Origin: Ramlibacter sp.
GTDB lineage: Bacteria > Pseudomonadota > Gammaproteobacteria > Burkholderiales > Burkholderiaceae_C
Reading direction: 5' to 3'
NCBI GenBank assembly: GCA_021323335.1
Contig: JAJTCN010000007.1
Span: 8,779-72,778, forward strand
Length of the DNA: 64,000 nt
Below are positions 25,789 through 34,871 of the stretch, in pieces (within the stretch, counting starts at the first letter, position 1; each line of letters begins with the position of its first letter). The notes under the pieces are model-generated. The model searched no databases and had not been told where the DNA came from. It saw only the letters and a program-made list of their open reading frames with translations. A program made the position numbers and the translations under genes.

Positions 25789-27147
25789 TCAGATGATCTC
25801 GAAGTAGCGCTTCAATTCCCAGTCCGTCACGCCGTCCTGCCACTGCCGCCATTCCCAGTCGCGGGTGGCGGCGTAGTGGTCGACGAAGGTGTCGCCCAGC
25901 CAGTCGCGCGCCACCTCGGACTTCAGGAAGACCTGCGTGGTCTCGATCAGCGTGCGCGGCGCGCGCGGCACGTTCTCGCCGCCCTGGTTGGTGCCGGTGA
26001 TCGGCGGCGTGGTGAGCTTCAGGCCCTTCTCCACGCCGTGCATGCCGGCGGCGATCACCGCCGCCATCGCGAGATACGGGTTGACGTCGGAGCCGGGGCA
26101 GCGCGTTTCGAGCCGCGTGGCTTTCGGCGAGCCCGCCAGCACGCGGAAGCTGGCCGTGCGGTTGTCGATTCCCCAGGTCGGCTTGACCGGCGCCCAGAAG
26201 CCGTCGACCAGCCGCTTGTAGCTGTTGATGGTGGGCCAGATCATGGGACCGAAGTCCATCATGCAGGCCACCTGCCCGGCGAGGTAGCTCTCGAACAGCG
26301 CGCTCATCTTGCGCGGCGCGTTGGCGTCGTGGAAGAGATTGGTCTTGCCGTCGGACAGGCTCTGGTGGATGTGGCCGCTGCAGCCCGGGTACTTCTGGCT
26401 CCACTTGGCCATGAAGGTCGGCATGATGCCGAAGCGCTTGGCGATCTCGCGCGTGCCGGTCTTGAACAGGATGGCGCGGTCCGCCTGCTCCAGCGCGGTG
26501 GAAAAGCCGATGGCCGCCTCATAGACGCCGGGCCCGGTCTCGGTGTGCAACCCTTCGATGGGCACGTTGAAGGCGAGCATCTCGTCCATCAACGCGTTGA
26601 AGAAGCCGGGGTTGTCGGCCATGCGCAGCAGCGAGTAGCCGAACATGCCGGGGGTGATGGGCTCCGGCGGCTGGCCATTCTTCTGCGCCCAGGTCTGCGG
26701 CGTCTCGCGGAAGTTGAACCACTCGAACTCCATGCCGGTCATCACCTGGAAGCCGAGCTTCTCGGCACGCGCCAGCACGCGCTTGAGCACCTGCCGCGGG
26801 CACAGCGGGTGCGGCGAGCGGTCCGCGTTGACGAACTCGCCCAGGAAGAAGGGCACGTCGTTGTCCCACGGGACGTTGCGCGCGGTGCCCAGGTCCACCG
26901 CGGCCAGCGCGTCGGGGAAGCCGTGCTGCCAGCCGGTGACGCTGGTGTTGTCGTAGGTGACGTCCAGCATGTCCCAGCCCAACACCACGTCGCAGAAGCC
27001 GAAGCCGCCGGTGGCGGCGCCCTCGAACTTGTCGATGTGCAGGTACTTGCCGCGCAGGACGCCGTCGATGTCGCTGACGGCCACCTTCACCTTGGTGGCG
27101 CCGCTCTTGCGCAGCTTGTCGATGGCGGGTGGGGTGGGGCTGGCCAT
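25789..27147 (-). CDS. glutamine-synthetase-like gamma-glutamyl-amine ligase (PuuA/GlnA4-like)
   Basis: DIDGVLRGK, GMEFEW, HTETGPGVYE, ATFMAK-like PTFMAK, GHIHQS, NSYKRL, DNRT, RLETR. Confidence 0.9.
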   Translation of the reverse strand: MASPTPPAIDKLRKSGATKVKVAVSDIDGVLRGKYLHIDKFEGAATGGFGFCDVVLGWDMLDVTYDNTSVTGWQHGFPDALAAVDLGTARNVPWDNDVPFFLGEFVNADRSPHPLCPRQVLKRVLARAEKLGFQVMTGMEFEWFNFRETPQTWAQKNGQPPEPITPGMFGYSLLRMADNPGFFNALMDEMLAFNVPIEGLHTETGPGVYEAAIGFSTALEQADRAILFKTGTREIAKRFGIMPTFMAKWSQKYPGCSGHIHQSLSDGKTNLFHDANAPRKMSALFESYLAGQVACMMDFGPMIWPTINSYKRLVDGFWAPVKPTWGIDNRTASFRVLAGSPKATRLETRCPGSDVNPYLAMAAVIAAGMHGVEKGLKLTTPPITGTNQGGENVPRAPRTLIETTQVFLKSEVARDWLGDTFVDHYAATRDWEWRQWQDGVTDWELKRYFEII

Positions 27148-27291
27148 GGGTCTTCCGTTGCAGGTGCCTCGCTATCTTGACAGCGTTCGCCGCGCCTGTG
27201 TGACGCTGCGGTGGGCTGCTTCCGGGACGGCGCCGGGAAGGCCGGAGGAATCCTTCACGGTCCGCCGCGCCGCGCTGCTAGAGTCGCCGCC

Positions 27292-28155
27292 ATGACGCAC
27301 CCGGCCCTGCCCCGCATCGAGTCCGGCCTCGCCGCGATGCGGGCGGCGCTGGTGCAGGGGGACCTCGATGCGATGCACGCGCGCCTGGTCGAAGTGCTCG
27401 ACGCGCTCGCCGAAGTCACGCGAGCCGGTTTCATCCCGAAGCAGGAGCGGGCCCCCGTGCACTGGGACGAGTCCCAGGTCCGCGCCCTGGCCTGGCAGGT
27501 GCTTGCCGCCTTCAAGGCGGCGGACTGCCACGTGTTTCCGTATGCGGGCACGCTGCTCGGACTGCAACGCGACGCCCGGCTGCTCCCCGACGACAAGGAC
27601 ACCGACCTCGCGGTCTGGCTGGAAGACTACGCGCTGGCGGGCCGGCTGCTCCTGCAATGGGGGCTGCAGCGCGCCACCGACGTGCCGCCCTTCGCCAACG
27701 TCAGCACCTGGGTCGATGCGCGCAGCGGCGCCAGCGTCGACCTGTTCGGGTTGCGCCGCGACCCGATGCGCGAGCGCGTCGAAGGCGGCGCCTGGCTGTA
27801 TGGCAAGCCGCCTTCGCACCAGCGCCTGCTGGTGCTGCCCTGGTTCGAACTGGCGGAACGGCCAGGCCCGTCCGGTCCGGTCTGGTGGCCGGCCGCGCCG
27901 GAGCCCTTGCTGGCCGCGCTGTACGGGGACGACTGGCGCACGCCGCAACCCGAATGGGATTCGCTGGTGTCCAACCGTTCGCTGCAGGACCTCAACCTCA
28001 ACTGGCGGTGCTGGGCGCTGAAGAGCCTGTGCCAGTGCTGGCTGGGCGGCGACCTCGCCCGCACGCATCGGCTGCTCGCGCAGGTCACGGCCCGCGCCGG
28101 CGACGATGCTCAGCTGCGCGCATGGCGCGCTGCGCTGGAGGGCTCGACGCCGTGA
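27292..28155 (+). CDS. LicD/fukutin-like nucleotidyltransferase-fold protein
   Basis: AGTLLGLQRDARLLPDDKDTDL (cf. GTLLGAVR...PWDDDID), VDLF, PEPLLAALYGDDWRTP (cf. L...YG.W..P). Confidence 0.7.
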   Translation: MTHPALPRIESGLAAMRAALVQGDLDAMHARLVEVLDALAEVTRAGFIPKQERAPVHWDESQVRALAWQVLAAFKAADCHVFPYAGTLLGLQRDARLLPDDKDTDLAVWLEDYALAGRLLLQWGLQRATDVPPFANVSTWVDARSGASVDLFGLRRDPMRERVEGGAWLYGKPPSHQRLLVLPWFELAERPGPSGPVWWPAAPEPLLAALYGDDWRTPQPEWDSLVSNRSLQDLNLNWRCWALKSLCQCWLGGDLARTHRLLAQVTARAGDDAQLRAWRAALEGSTP

Positions 28156-28811
28156 ACGGCATGCCGGATCGCGACGCAGTCTCGGTGCTCATCCCCGCGG
28201 CCGGCGTCGGCGAGCGCCTCGGCCTCGGCCCCAAGGCGACCCTGCCGCTGGCCGGCCGCCCCGTGATCGACTGGCTGGTGGACAAGGCCTCCCAGGTCGG
28301 GGTCGAAGTGATCGTGGCCTGCGCGCCGGGCGTTCCCGCGCCGGCGGGCACGGTGCGCGTAGAAGGTGGCGCCACGCGCGAGGAAAGCGTGCTGCGGCTC
28401 GCGGCCGCCGCCACCCGGCCCTGGTGCCTGCTGTGGGATGCGGCCAGCCCGTTCGCCTCGCTCGCACTGGCCCGACAGGTCCTCGCGGCGGCGCAGGCGG
28501 GCGGCGCGGCCACCCCCTGCCTGGCCGGGCAGGTGCGCTGGTTCGTGATCGAGCACGGCCAGGTGGCGCAAGCCCACCCAGGCAGCCACGCGGGCAGCTC
28601 GCAGACGCCACAGGCTTATCGGACGGACCTGCTGCGGCAGGTCACGCAGCGCGGGGCGGCGCACGGCTGGGCCGCCCAGTCCACCGTCGAACTGTTCCTG
28701 CGCTCCGGCCTGCCGGTGGCCGCCGTCCCGGGCGAGAAGCTGAACCTGAAACTGACCACGCCCGAGGATTGGGTGCTGGCCGAAGCCCTGCGCGAACAAC
28801 TGTCGCGCTGA
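28152..28811 (+). CDS. IspD/TarI-like cytidylyltransferase
   Basis: IPAAGVGERLG..PK, GGATREESV, QTPQAY, NLKLTTPED; GTG overlaps the upstream stop (alternative ATG 28161). Confidence 0.8.
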   Translation: MNGMPDRDAVSVLIPAAGVGERLGLGPKATLPLAGRPVIDWLVDKASQVGVEVIVACAPGVPAPAGTVRVEGGATREESVLRLAAAATRPWCLLWDAASPFASLALARQVLAAAQAGGAATPCLAGQVRWFVIEHGQVAQAHPGSHAGSSQTPQAYRTDLLRQVTQRGAAHGWAAQSTVELFLRSGLPVAAVPGEKLNLKLTTPEDWVLAEALREQLSR

Positions 28812-28873
28812 CCTCGTTGCGCACGGCGGCGCGCCTGCGTAGGATGGTCCTCCCGCGTTGCTGGAGAAATCCC

Positions 28874-30928
28874 GTGGCCACCCATCGCGACATCGCCGCA
28901 CGGCGCACCGTGGCCCTCGTCGGCCCCAGCGCCGCCGGCAAGACCAGCCTGGCCGAGGCCTTGCTGTGGAAGGCGGGGGTGGTGGGCACCCCCGGCAGCG
29001 TGGAGCGGGGCAGCACCGTCTCCGACCACGACCCGCTGGAGAAGAAGGCGCTGCGCTCGCTCAATTCGACGCTGCTGCACTTCGATCACCGCGGCATCCT
29101 CACGCACCTGATCGACACGCCCGGCGCCGCCGACTGCCTGGGCCAGTCGCTGCCGGCGCTGGAGGCGGTGGAAACCGCGGCCATCGTCATCAACGCGGCC
29201 GCCGGCGTGGAGCCGATGGCGGTGCGCATGATGGAGTGGGCCAAGGAGCGCGAGCGCGACCGCATCATCATCGTCAACAAGATCGATGCGCAAGGTGTCG
29301 ACCTGCAGGCGCTGGTGGCTCGCATCCAGGAGGCCTTCGGCAAGGAATGCCTGCCGCTGAACCTGCCGTCGCAGAAGGGCGAGCGCGTGCTGGACTGCTT
29401 CTGGAAGATGAAGGACGACGGGCCGCCGCCGGACTTCTCGTCCATCGAGCAGGCGCACCGGGCGCTGGTGGAGCAGGTGGTGGAAGTCGACGCCGCGTTC
29501 GTCGAGCGCTACCTGAACGACGGCGACGTCGACCCGGCGGAACTGCATGCCCCGCTGGAGCAGGCGCTGCGCGAAGGCCACCTGGTGCCGATCTGCTTCG
29601 TCTCCGCCCGCACCGGCGCCGGCGTGCCCGAACTGCTGGACGTGATCGAGCGGCTGCTGCCCGATCCCACCGAGGGCAATCCCCCTGCCTTCCTGGAGGG
29701 CGAAGGCAGCGCCGCGAAGCCGGTGGCGGCGGTGGCCGATGCGGGCAAGCACGTGCTGGCCCACGTGTTCAAGATCACGCAGGACCCCTATGTCGGCAAG
29801 ATGGGCGTGATGCGGGTGCACCAGGGCACCATCACGCGCGACAGCCAGCTCTATGTCGGGGACGCCAGACGCCCTTTTAAAGTGGGCCACCTCTTCATGC
29901 TGCAGGGCCGGGAGCTGAAGGAGGTGGCGAAGGCGGTACCCGGCGACCTCTGCGCCATCGCGAAGGTGGAGGAGCTGCACTACGACGCGGTGCTGCACGA
30001 CGCTGCGGAGGACGCGCACATCCACCTGAAGCCGCTGGAGTTTCCGGTGGCCGTGCACGGCCTCGCGATCTCGCCCAGGCGGCGCGGCGACGAGCAGCGC
30101 CTGCACGACATCCTGCTCAAGCTGGTGAGCGAGGACCCCTGCCTGCGCGTCGACCACGCGGCCAGCACCAACGAGACGGTGGTCTACGGCCTCGGCGAGC
30201 TGCACCTGCGCACGCTGCTGGACCGGCTGGCCGACGTGCACAACTGCCAGGTGGAGACGCGGCCGCCGCGCATCGCCTACCGCGAGACGATCACCGCGCC
30301 GGCCGAAGGCCACCACCGCCACAAGAAGCAGACCGGCGGGGCGGGCCAGTTCGGCGAGGTGTTCCTGCGCATCGAACCGCTGCCGCGCGGCAGCGGCTTC
30401 GAGTTCGTCGACGAGGTCAAGGGCGGCGCCATCCCGCACAACTTCATGCCGGCGGTGGAGAAGGGCGTGCGCCTGGCGATGGAGCAAGGCGTGATCGCGG
30501 GCTACCCGGTGGTGGACCTGAAGGTCGTGGTCTACGACGGCAAGCACCACACGGTGGACAGCAAGGAGATCGCCTTCGTCACGGCGGCCAAGAAGGCGCT
30601 GGCCGCCGCGGTGCAGTCGGCGCGACCCTGCGTGCTGGAGCCGATCGTCCATGTGGAGATCGCCGCGCCGGAGCAGAACATGGGCGACATCACCGGGGAC
30701 CTGGCGTCGCGGCGCGGGCAGGTGAGCGGCACGCAGTCCGCCACGGCGGGGGCGTTGACCGTGCTGGCGCAGGCGCCTTTGTCCGAGCTGGCCAGCTACC
30801 AGTCGCGGCTGAATTCGCTGACCGGCGGGCAGGGCCGCTACACCATCGCCTTCAGCCACTACGAGCCGGTGCCGCCCGCGGTGCAGGCGCAGCTGGCCTC
30901 GCAATACAAGGTCAAGGACGACGCCTGA
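28874..30928 (+). CDS. elongation factor G paralog (EF-G-like)
   Basis: GPSAAGKT, DTPG, NKID, GLGELHL, HKKQTGGAGQFG, DGKHH.VDS, LEPI; not in an rpsL-rpsG operon. Confidence 0.92.
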   Translation: MATHRDIAARRTVALVGPSAAGKTSLAEALLWKAGVVGTPGSVERGSTVSDHDPLEKKALRSLNSTLLHFDHRGILTHLIDTPGAADCLGQSLPALEAVETAAIVINAAAGVEPMAVRMMEWAKERERDRIIIVNKIDAQGVDLQALVARIQEAFGKECLPLNLPSQKGERVLDCFWKMKDDGPPPDFSSIEQAHRALVEQVVEVDAAFVERYLNDGDVDPAELHAPLEQALREGHLVPICFVSARTGAGVPELLDVIERLLPDPTEGNPPAFLEGEGSAAKPVAAVADAGKHVLAHVFKITQDPYVGKMGVMRVHQGTITRDSQLYVGDARRPFKVGHLFMLQGRELKEVAKAVPGDLCAIAKVEELHYDAVLHDAAEDAHIHLKPLEFPVAVHGLAISPRRRGDEQRLHDILLKLVSEDPCLRVDHAASTNETVVYGLGELHLRTLLDRLADVHNCQVETRPPRIAYRETITAPAEGHHRHKKQTGGAGQFGEVFLRIEPLPRGSGFEFVDEVKGGAIPHNFMPAVEKGVRLAMEQGVIAGYPVVDLKVVVYDGKHHTVDSKEIAFVTAAKKALAAAVQSARPCVLEPIVHVEIAAPEQNMGDITGDLASRRGQVSGTQSATAGALTVLAQAPLSELASYQSRLNSLTGGQGRYTIAFSHYEPVPPAVQAQLASQYKVKDDA

Positions 30929-30960
30929 GGCGGCGCGCGGCGCGCGCCGGCCGCCCAAAG

Positions 30961-31004
30961 GAAAACGCCCGCCCTCGGGGGAGGGCAGGCGCTTCCTGCT
31001 TCTT
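30961..31004. terminator. probable bidirectional intrinsic terminator
   Basis: CGCCCGCCCTC-GGGG-GAGGGCAGGCG hairpin with A-rich 5' and T/C-rich 3' flanks, between convergent genes. Confidence 0.5.
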
Positions 31005-31044
31005 CACACAACATGCGCCTGGCCGTCAGGCCAGGCGCGGGGGA

Positions 31045-33003
31045 TCAGCGGCGACCGCCGCGCTCGTCTTCGTCCCGGTCGCGGCCGCGGCCACCGCCGC
31101 CACCGCCACGCTGTTCGCGCTGCGGTTGCTCGCGCTCGGCGCGTTGCTGGCGTTGCGGTTGCTCGCGCTCGGCACGCTGTTGCTGGCGCGGGGCCTCGGC
31201 GCGTTCCGGCCGCTGCTGCTGCACGCGCTCCTGGCGCTCCGCGCGCGGCTCGGGACCGCGGCCGCCGCCACGTTCGTCACGGGGCTCCGGGCCCCGGCCG
31301 GGACGGTCCTCCCGGGCACCCTGGCGCGCGCCGCGGTCGTTGTCGTTGCCACGCGGGCTCGGACGGCCACCGGCGCGATCGTTGTCGTCTCCCCGGCGAC
31401 CGCCTGCGCGGTCGTTGTCGCTGCCACGCGGGTTGGGACGTCCGCCTGCGCGGTCGTTGTCATCGCCCCGGCGGCCGCCGGCCCGGTCGTTGTCCGCGCC
31501 ACGCGCAGCCGGTCGGGCTGCGGCGCGATCGTTGTCGGCGCCACGGGCGCCCGGGCGGGCGGTGGCACGATCGTTCGCGCGGGCCGCGGCACCACCACGC
31601 AATTCCTGCTTGCGGCGCTCGGCAAAGTGCGCCCCGCCGACGGTCCGCACGCTGGCCGGACGCGCCTGCAGGCGAACCACGGCGGTGCCGCGGGTGGCGC
31701 GCAGCTCGACGCGGGTCAGGGCGGCAGGCGCGAAGCCGATGCGGGCCCGGGCGATCACTTGCGCGTTCAGCGGCGCCCAAGCGCGGTACACCGGGCGGCC
31801 GAGGCGGAAGTCGCCGATCTGCACCGCGGTCACGGCGAAGGGGCGGCGGGCCCAGTAGTAGTTGGTATAGCCGCGCGGATAGGCGCGCAGGTTGAAGCCG
31901 AAGTTGACGCGGCCGAAGTAACGGGGCGAGGCGCGGAAGGCAGGCCACCACACTTCACCCGGAGCCAGCGGATACCAGGCGACGCCGGGACCGCCGCGCA
32001 CCACCAGGTTGCCGCCGCCGCCGAGGAACACCACCAGCGCGGGCGAATACGCCGGGCGCGGGGCCAGCCGGCCGGGCACCCAGGCCCAGCGGTTGTTGAT
32101 CTGCGCCCAGCGGCCGTAGTGGAAGGGCGCGAAGCCCCACGGAGCCTCGTCGACCCAGGTCCAGCCCCAGGGAGCGACGTCGACCCAGCGGCCCTGGCGG
32201 TAGGGCGCCCAGTTCTCGGGCACGGTGCGGGGATACCAGACGGCGCCGTGCTCGGGCACCTGCTGCCAGTCGCCATGCTGGTCCAGCTGGGCGTGGCCGA
32301 CCACGCCGCGCGGTACGTAGCGGGCCGACTCGGACTGCTCTTCGGCGCGGTTGCGTTCGTTGGCCCACTGGGTCAGCTCGTCCGGCCGATAGCCGGGCGC
32401 CTGCGCCGGCGCGAGGGCGCGGCCGGTGTAGCTGGCCGTCTGGCCGGCGGCCAGCTGGACGGACTGCGAGCCGTCGCCGAACACCGTGACCGAGCCGCTG
32501 ATGACCGTGACGCGGGTGTTGCCACCCTTTTCGTCCACGTCCACGCGGTATTCGCCCGGCTGCATCATGCGCACCGCGACGTTCGGCGTGTCGATCTCGA
32601 AGTTCTCGCCATCCTGCAGGTCGCGCACCCGGGCGTTCATGGAGCCTTGCTCCAGGATCAGCTGGGTGCCCTTTTCATCCAGCGCGCTGACGCCCACATG
32701 GGTTTCGCCGCCGACGTGGAGGGTGGCCGCATCGAGCTGGATCTCGGCCCGCGCGCCGCGGTCGCTCCACAGGCGGTCGCCGTCGGTGAGCGGCCGGTTC
32801 TGCGGCAGCTCGATCCATTCGTCTTCGCCGTTCGGGGCGAACACGACCTCGCCCTGACGGGCGCTGATGTGCGCCACGCGGCCGGACGGGTCGACCTCGG
32901 GGCCGCCCTGCTGGGCTTGCTGCGCGAAGGCGGCCGTGGTGAACCAGGACAGCAGGAGCGCGGCGAGCCAGGGCAGGCTGCGCCAGAGGGGTCTGTAAGT
33001 CAT
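31045..33003 (-). CDS. second secreted FecR-like/DUF6600 protein with Arg/Gly/Asp repeat tail
   Basis: DPSGRVAHI, NRPLTDGDRLW, EIDTPN, WAPYRQGRW, PWGWTWVDEAPWGFAPFHYGRW; repeats xDNDRAGGR and EREQPQR. Confidence 0.8.
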   Translation of the reverse strand: MTYRPLWRSLPWLAALLLSWFTTAAFAQQAQQGGPEVDPSGRVAHISARQGEVVFAPNGEDEWIELPQNRPLTDGDRLWSDRGARAEIQLDAATLHVGGETHVGVSALDEKGTQLILEQGSMNARVRDLQDGENFEIDTPNVAVRMMQPGEYRVDVDEKGGNTRVTVISGSVTVFGDGSQSVQLAAGQTASYTGRALAPAQAPGYRPDELTQWANERNRAEEQSESARYVPRGVVGHAQLDQHGDWQQVPEHGAVWYPRTVPENWAPYRQGRWVDVAPWGWTWVDEAPWGFAPFHYGRWAQINNRWAWVPGRLAPRPAYSPALVVFLGGGGNLVVRGGPGVAWYPLAPGEVWWPAFRASPRYFGRVNFGFNLRAYPRGYTNYYWARRPFAVTAVQIGDFRLGRPVYRAWAPLNAQVIARARIGFAPAALTRVELRATRGTAVVRLQARPASVRTVGGAHFAERRKQELRGGAAARANDRATARPGARGADNDRAAARPAARGADNDRAGGRRGDDNDRAGGRPNPRGSDNDRAGGRRGDDNDRAGGRPSPRGNDNDRGARQGAREDRPGRGPEPRDERGGGRGPEPRAERQERVQQQRPERAEAPRQQQRAEREQPQRQQRAEREQPQREQRGGGGGGRGRDRDEDERGGRR

Positions 33004-33141
33004 AGGGTGCATGGCAGGCAGTGGGAAGAACTGGGTATGTTCCCTCAACGCGCCAACCCCCTACCCGGGCGTAAACCCTTTGTAAAGAAAGGTGACTGTC
33101 CGAGGCAGTGAACACGAAGGTCGTGATTTCCTGCACGCCGG

Positions 33142-33846
33142 TCACCCCCGGAAGATCGCCTCCAGGTCCGCCTCGCCGGTGCTCTGGTCGAGCTGGAGGC
33201 TGCCTTCTATATGGTCGAGGTGATCCAGCATCAGCTTCTCGGCCCGCGCGCCGTCCCGCCTGGCGACCGCATCCACGATCATCTGGTGCTCGTCGTCCCG
33301 GCAGCTCTGCGCCGTGGGGGCGTCGTACAGGAAGATGGTCAGGCAGGTCAGCATGCACAGCTCGCGCATGCTGCGCGCCAGCGCGGAGTTGCCAGCCAGC
33401 TCCGCCGACAACGTGTGGAACTCTCCGGACAGGCGGATCACGGCGCGCTTGTCGCCGCGCCGGCGCGCATCGGCCTCCAGTTCCAGGTGCTGGCGCAGCC
33501 GCTGGGTCTTCTCCGGCGTCAGCGTGTCGATCAGCCGGCGCAGCACGGCCGGCTCGATCAGGCGGCGCGCCTCGAACACGTCGCGCGCCTGTTCGGTGGT
33601 GGGCTTGGCCACGAAGGCGCCGCGCTGCGGGAACAGCTCCACGATCTGCTCGTGGGCCAGGCGGGCCAGCACCTCCCGCACGCGCGCGCGGCTGACGCCG
33701 AAGATGTCGGCCATGCGCTCCTCGCCGAGCTTGGTGCCCGGGTGCAGACGGTGCTCGAGGATGGCGACGTAGATGCGCTCGTAGATCTCGTCGACGGTCT
33801 TTTCGCGGTCCGCCCGGGTGCCGGCGGTCTTGCGGCTCACGTCCAT
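33142..33846 (-). CDS. GntR/FCD family transcriptional regulator
   Basis: PGTKLGEERMADIFGVSRARVREVL, FEARRLIE, EFH, DDEHQMIVDA, HLDHI. Confidence 0.92.
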   Translation of the reverse strand: MDVSRKTAGTRADREKTVDEIYERIYVAILEHRLHPGTKLGEERMADIFGVSRARVREVLARLAHEQIVELFPQRGAFVAKPTTEQARDVFEARRLIEPAVLRRLIDTLTPEKTQRLRQHLELEADARRRGDKRAVIRLSGEFHTLSAELAGNSALARSMRELCMLTCLTIFLYDAPTAQSCRDDEHQMIVDAVARRDGARAEKLMLDHLDHIEGSLQLDQSTGEADLEAIFRG

Positions 33847-34562
33847 TGGAACAGCTCCCCCCAACCGGTGATCGGCGCCGGCGACGCGTCGGCCGCGCGG
33901 ATCATGCCCCATACCGTGGTGCTCACGGTGTCCAGCAGCGGGATGCCCAGCTCCCGCTCGACCTGCGCGGCCAGCGGGGCGGCATGCAGGTTGGTGCAGA
34001 AGGTGGTGATGGCTTGGGGCCGGGCTGCCGCCACCTCGCCCATCAGCTCGCGCAGTGTCCCGGGAGCGACGCCGGCGAAGTCGTGGTTGACGCGGATGCC
34101 CAGGTGGCGCTCGGCCACCACCTCGATGCCCAGCGCCGCATAGTTCGCCACGATCTTCTGCTGGACGTCCGCGGTGTAGGGAGTGACCAGGGCAAGCCGC
34201 CGCACCTGCCGCAACGCCAGCAGTTCATTCAGCGCCAGCACCGCGGTGGTGGCGACGATGCCGGTGCGCTCGCGGATCCGCTCCACCAGCTGCCGGTCCC
34301 GGTCGAAGCCCAGCCAGCCCGAGGAGGTGCCGCTCCAGCCGATCACGTCCACCCTGGCATCGGCCAGCAGTTCGGCGGCCGCGAGGATCTTGCTGTCGTC
34401 GAACTGCCCCAGGGCGGCGGCATCCAGCGCGATCTCGGTCACCTTGAAGCGGGAGAAGTGGGCGCTGGCGCCCGGCATGGCCGCGGCCAGCGCGCTGGTC
34501 AGCGGCTCCAGCGCGGTATTGGAAGACGGGGTCAACACCCCCAGGCGCAAGGTTCGGGACAC
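33837..34562 (-). CDS. maleate isomerase/arylmalonate decarboxylase (Asp/Glu racemase superfamily) protein
   Basis: GVLTPSSNTALE, WSGTS, ALVTPY, FCTNL, LGIPLLD; GTG 34562 with AGAGGAG RBS. Confidence 0.8.
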   Translation of the reverse strand: MSRTLRLGVLTPSSNTALEPLTSALAAAMPGASAHFSRFKVTEIALDAAALGQFDDSKILAAAELLADARVDVIGWSGTSSGWLGFDRDRQLVERIRERTGIVATTAVLALNELLALRQVRRLALVTPYTADVQQKIVANYAALGIEVVAERHLGIRVNHDFAGVAPGTLRELMGEVAAARPQAITTFCTNLHAAPLAAQVERELGIPLLDTVSTTVWGMIRAADASPAPITGWGELFQWT

Positions 34563-34633
34563 GGGACGGGCTCCTCTGTTGCGGTCCGGCTGAGGCTCAG
34601 TATGAAGCAAGGCCAGCGGCGGGAGCCGGACCG

Positions 34634-34826
34634 ATTGTCGACATTAGTGTAAACACCTGCGCCGGATCGCGTTCCCATCGTCCATATTTGCAGGCATTGC
34701 AACCCGCGATCTGTCGACAGCTTCCGTGGCCCGGAAGTTGCTGACTCCTCCCCTGAAAACCATGACCGACGCCCGCTACCATCCGGATAACGCACCGAAC
34801 CGATTGTCAACAACGGTGTCTGCACT
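34634..34826. promoter_or_regulatory. repeated TGTCGACA-type palindromic operators, probably for the adjacent GntR
   Basis: ATTGTCGACATT (34634), CTGTCGACAG (34711) and TTGTCAACAA (34804) in the divergent intergenic region. Confidence 0.6.
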
Positions 34827-34871
34827 TTGTTGGGGTCAGCCCCGCACTTGCATGGTGCGCGGAGTGCGCCC

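Noticed and set aside
25789-27147. Housekeeping glutamine synthetase glnA
   Set aside because: Operon context (C26 hydrolase, ADH, ALDH) and absence of ntrBC indicate a gamma-glutamyl-amine ligase.
31330-31580. Recurring CGCGGTCGTTGTC motif at 30-45 bp spacing resembling a CRISPR array
   Set aside because: The repeats are short, degenerate and in frame, encoding the xDNDRA tail of the DUF6600 protein; no cas genes or leader.
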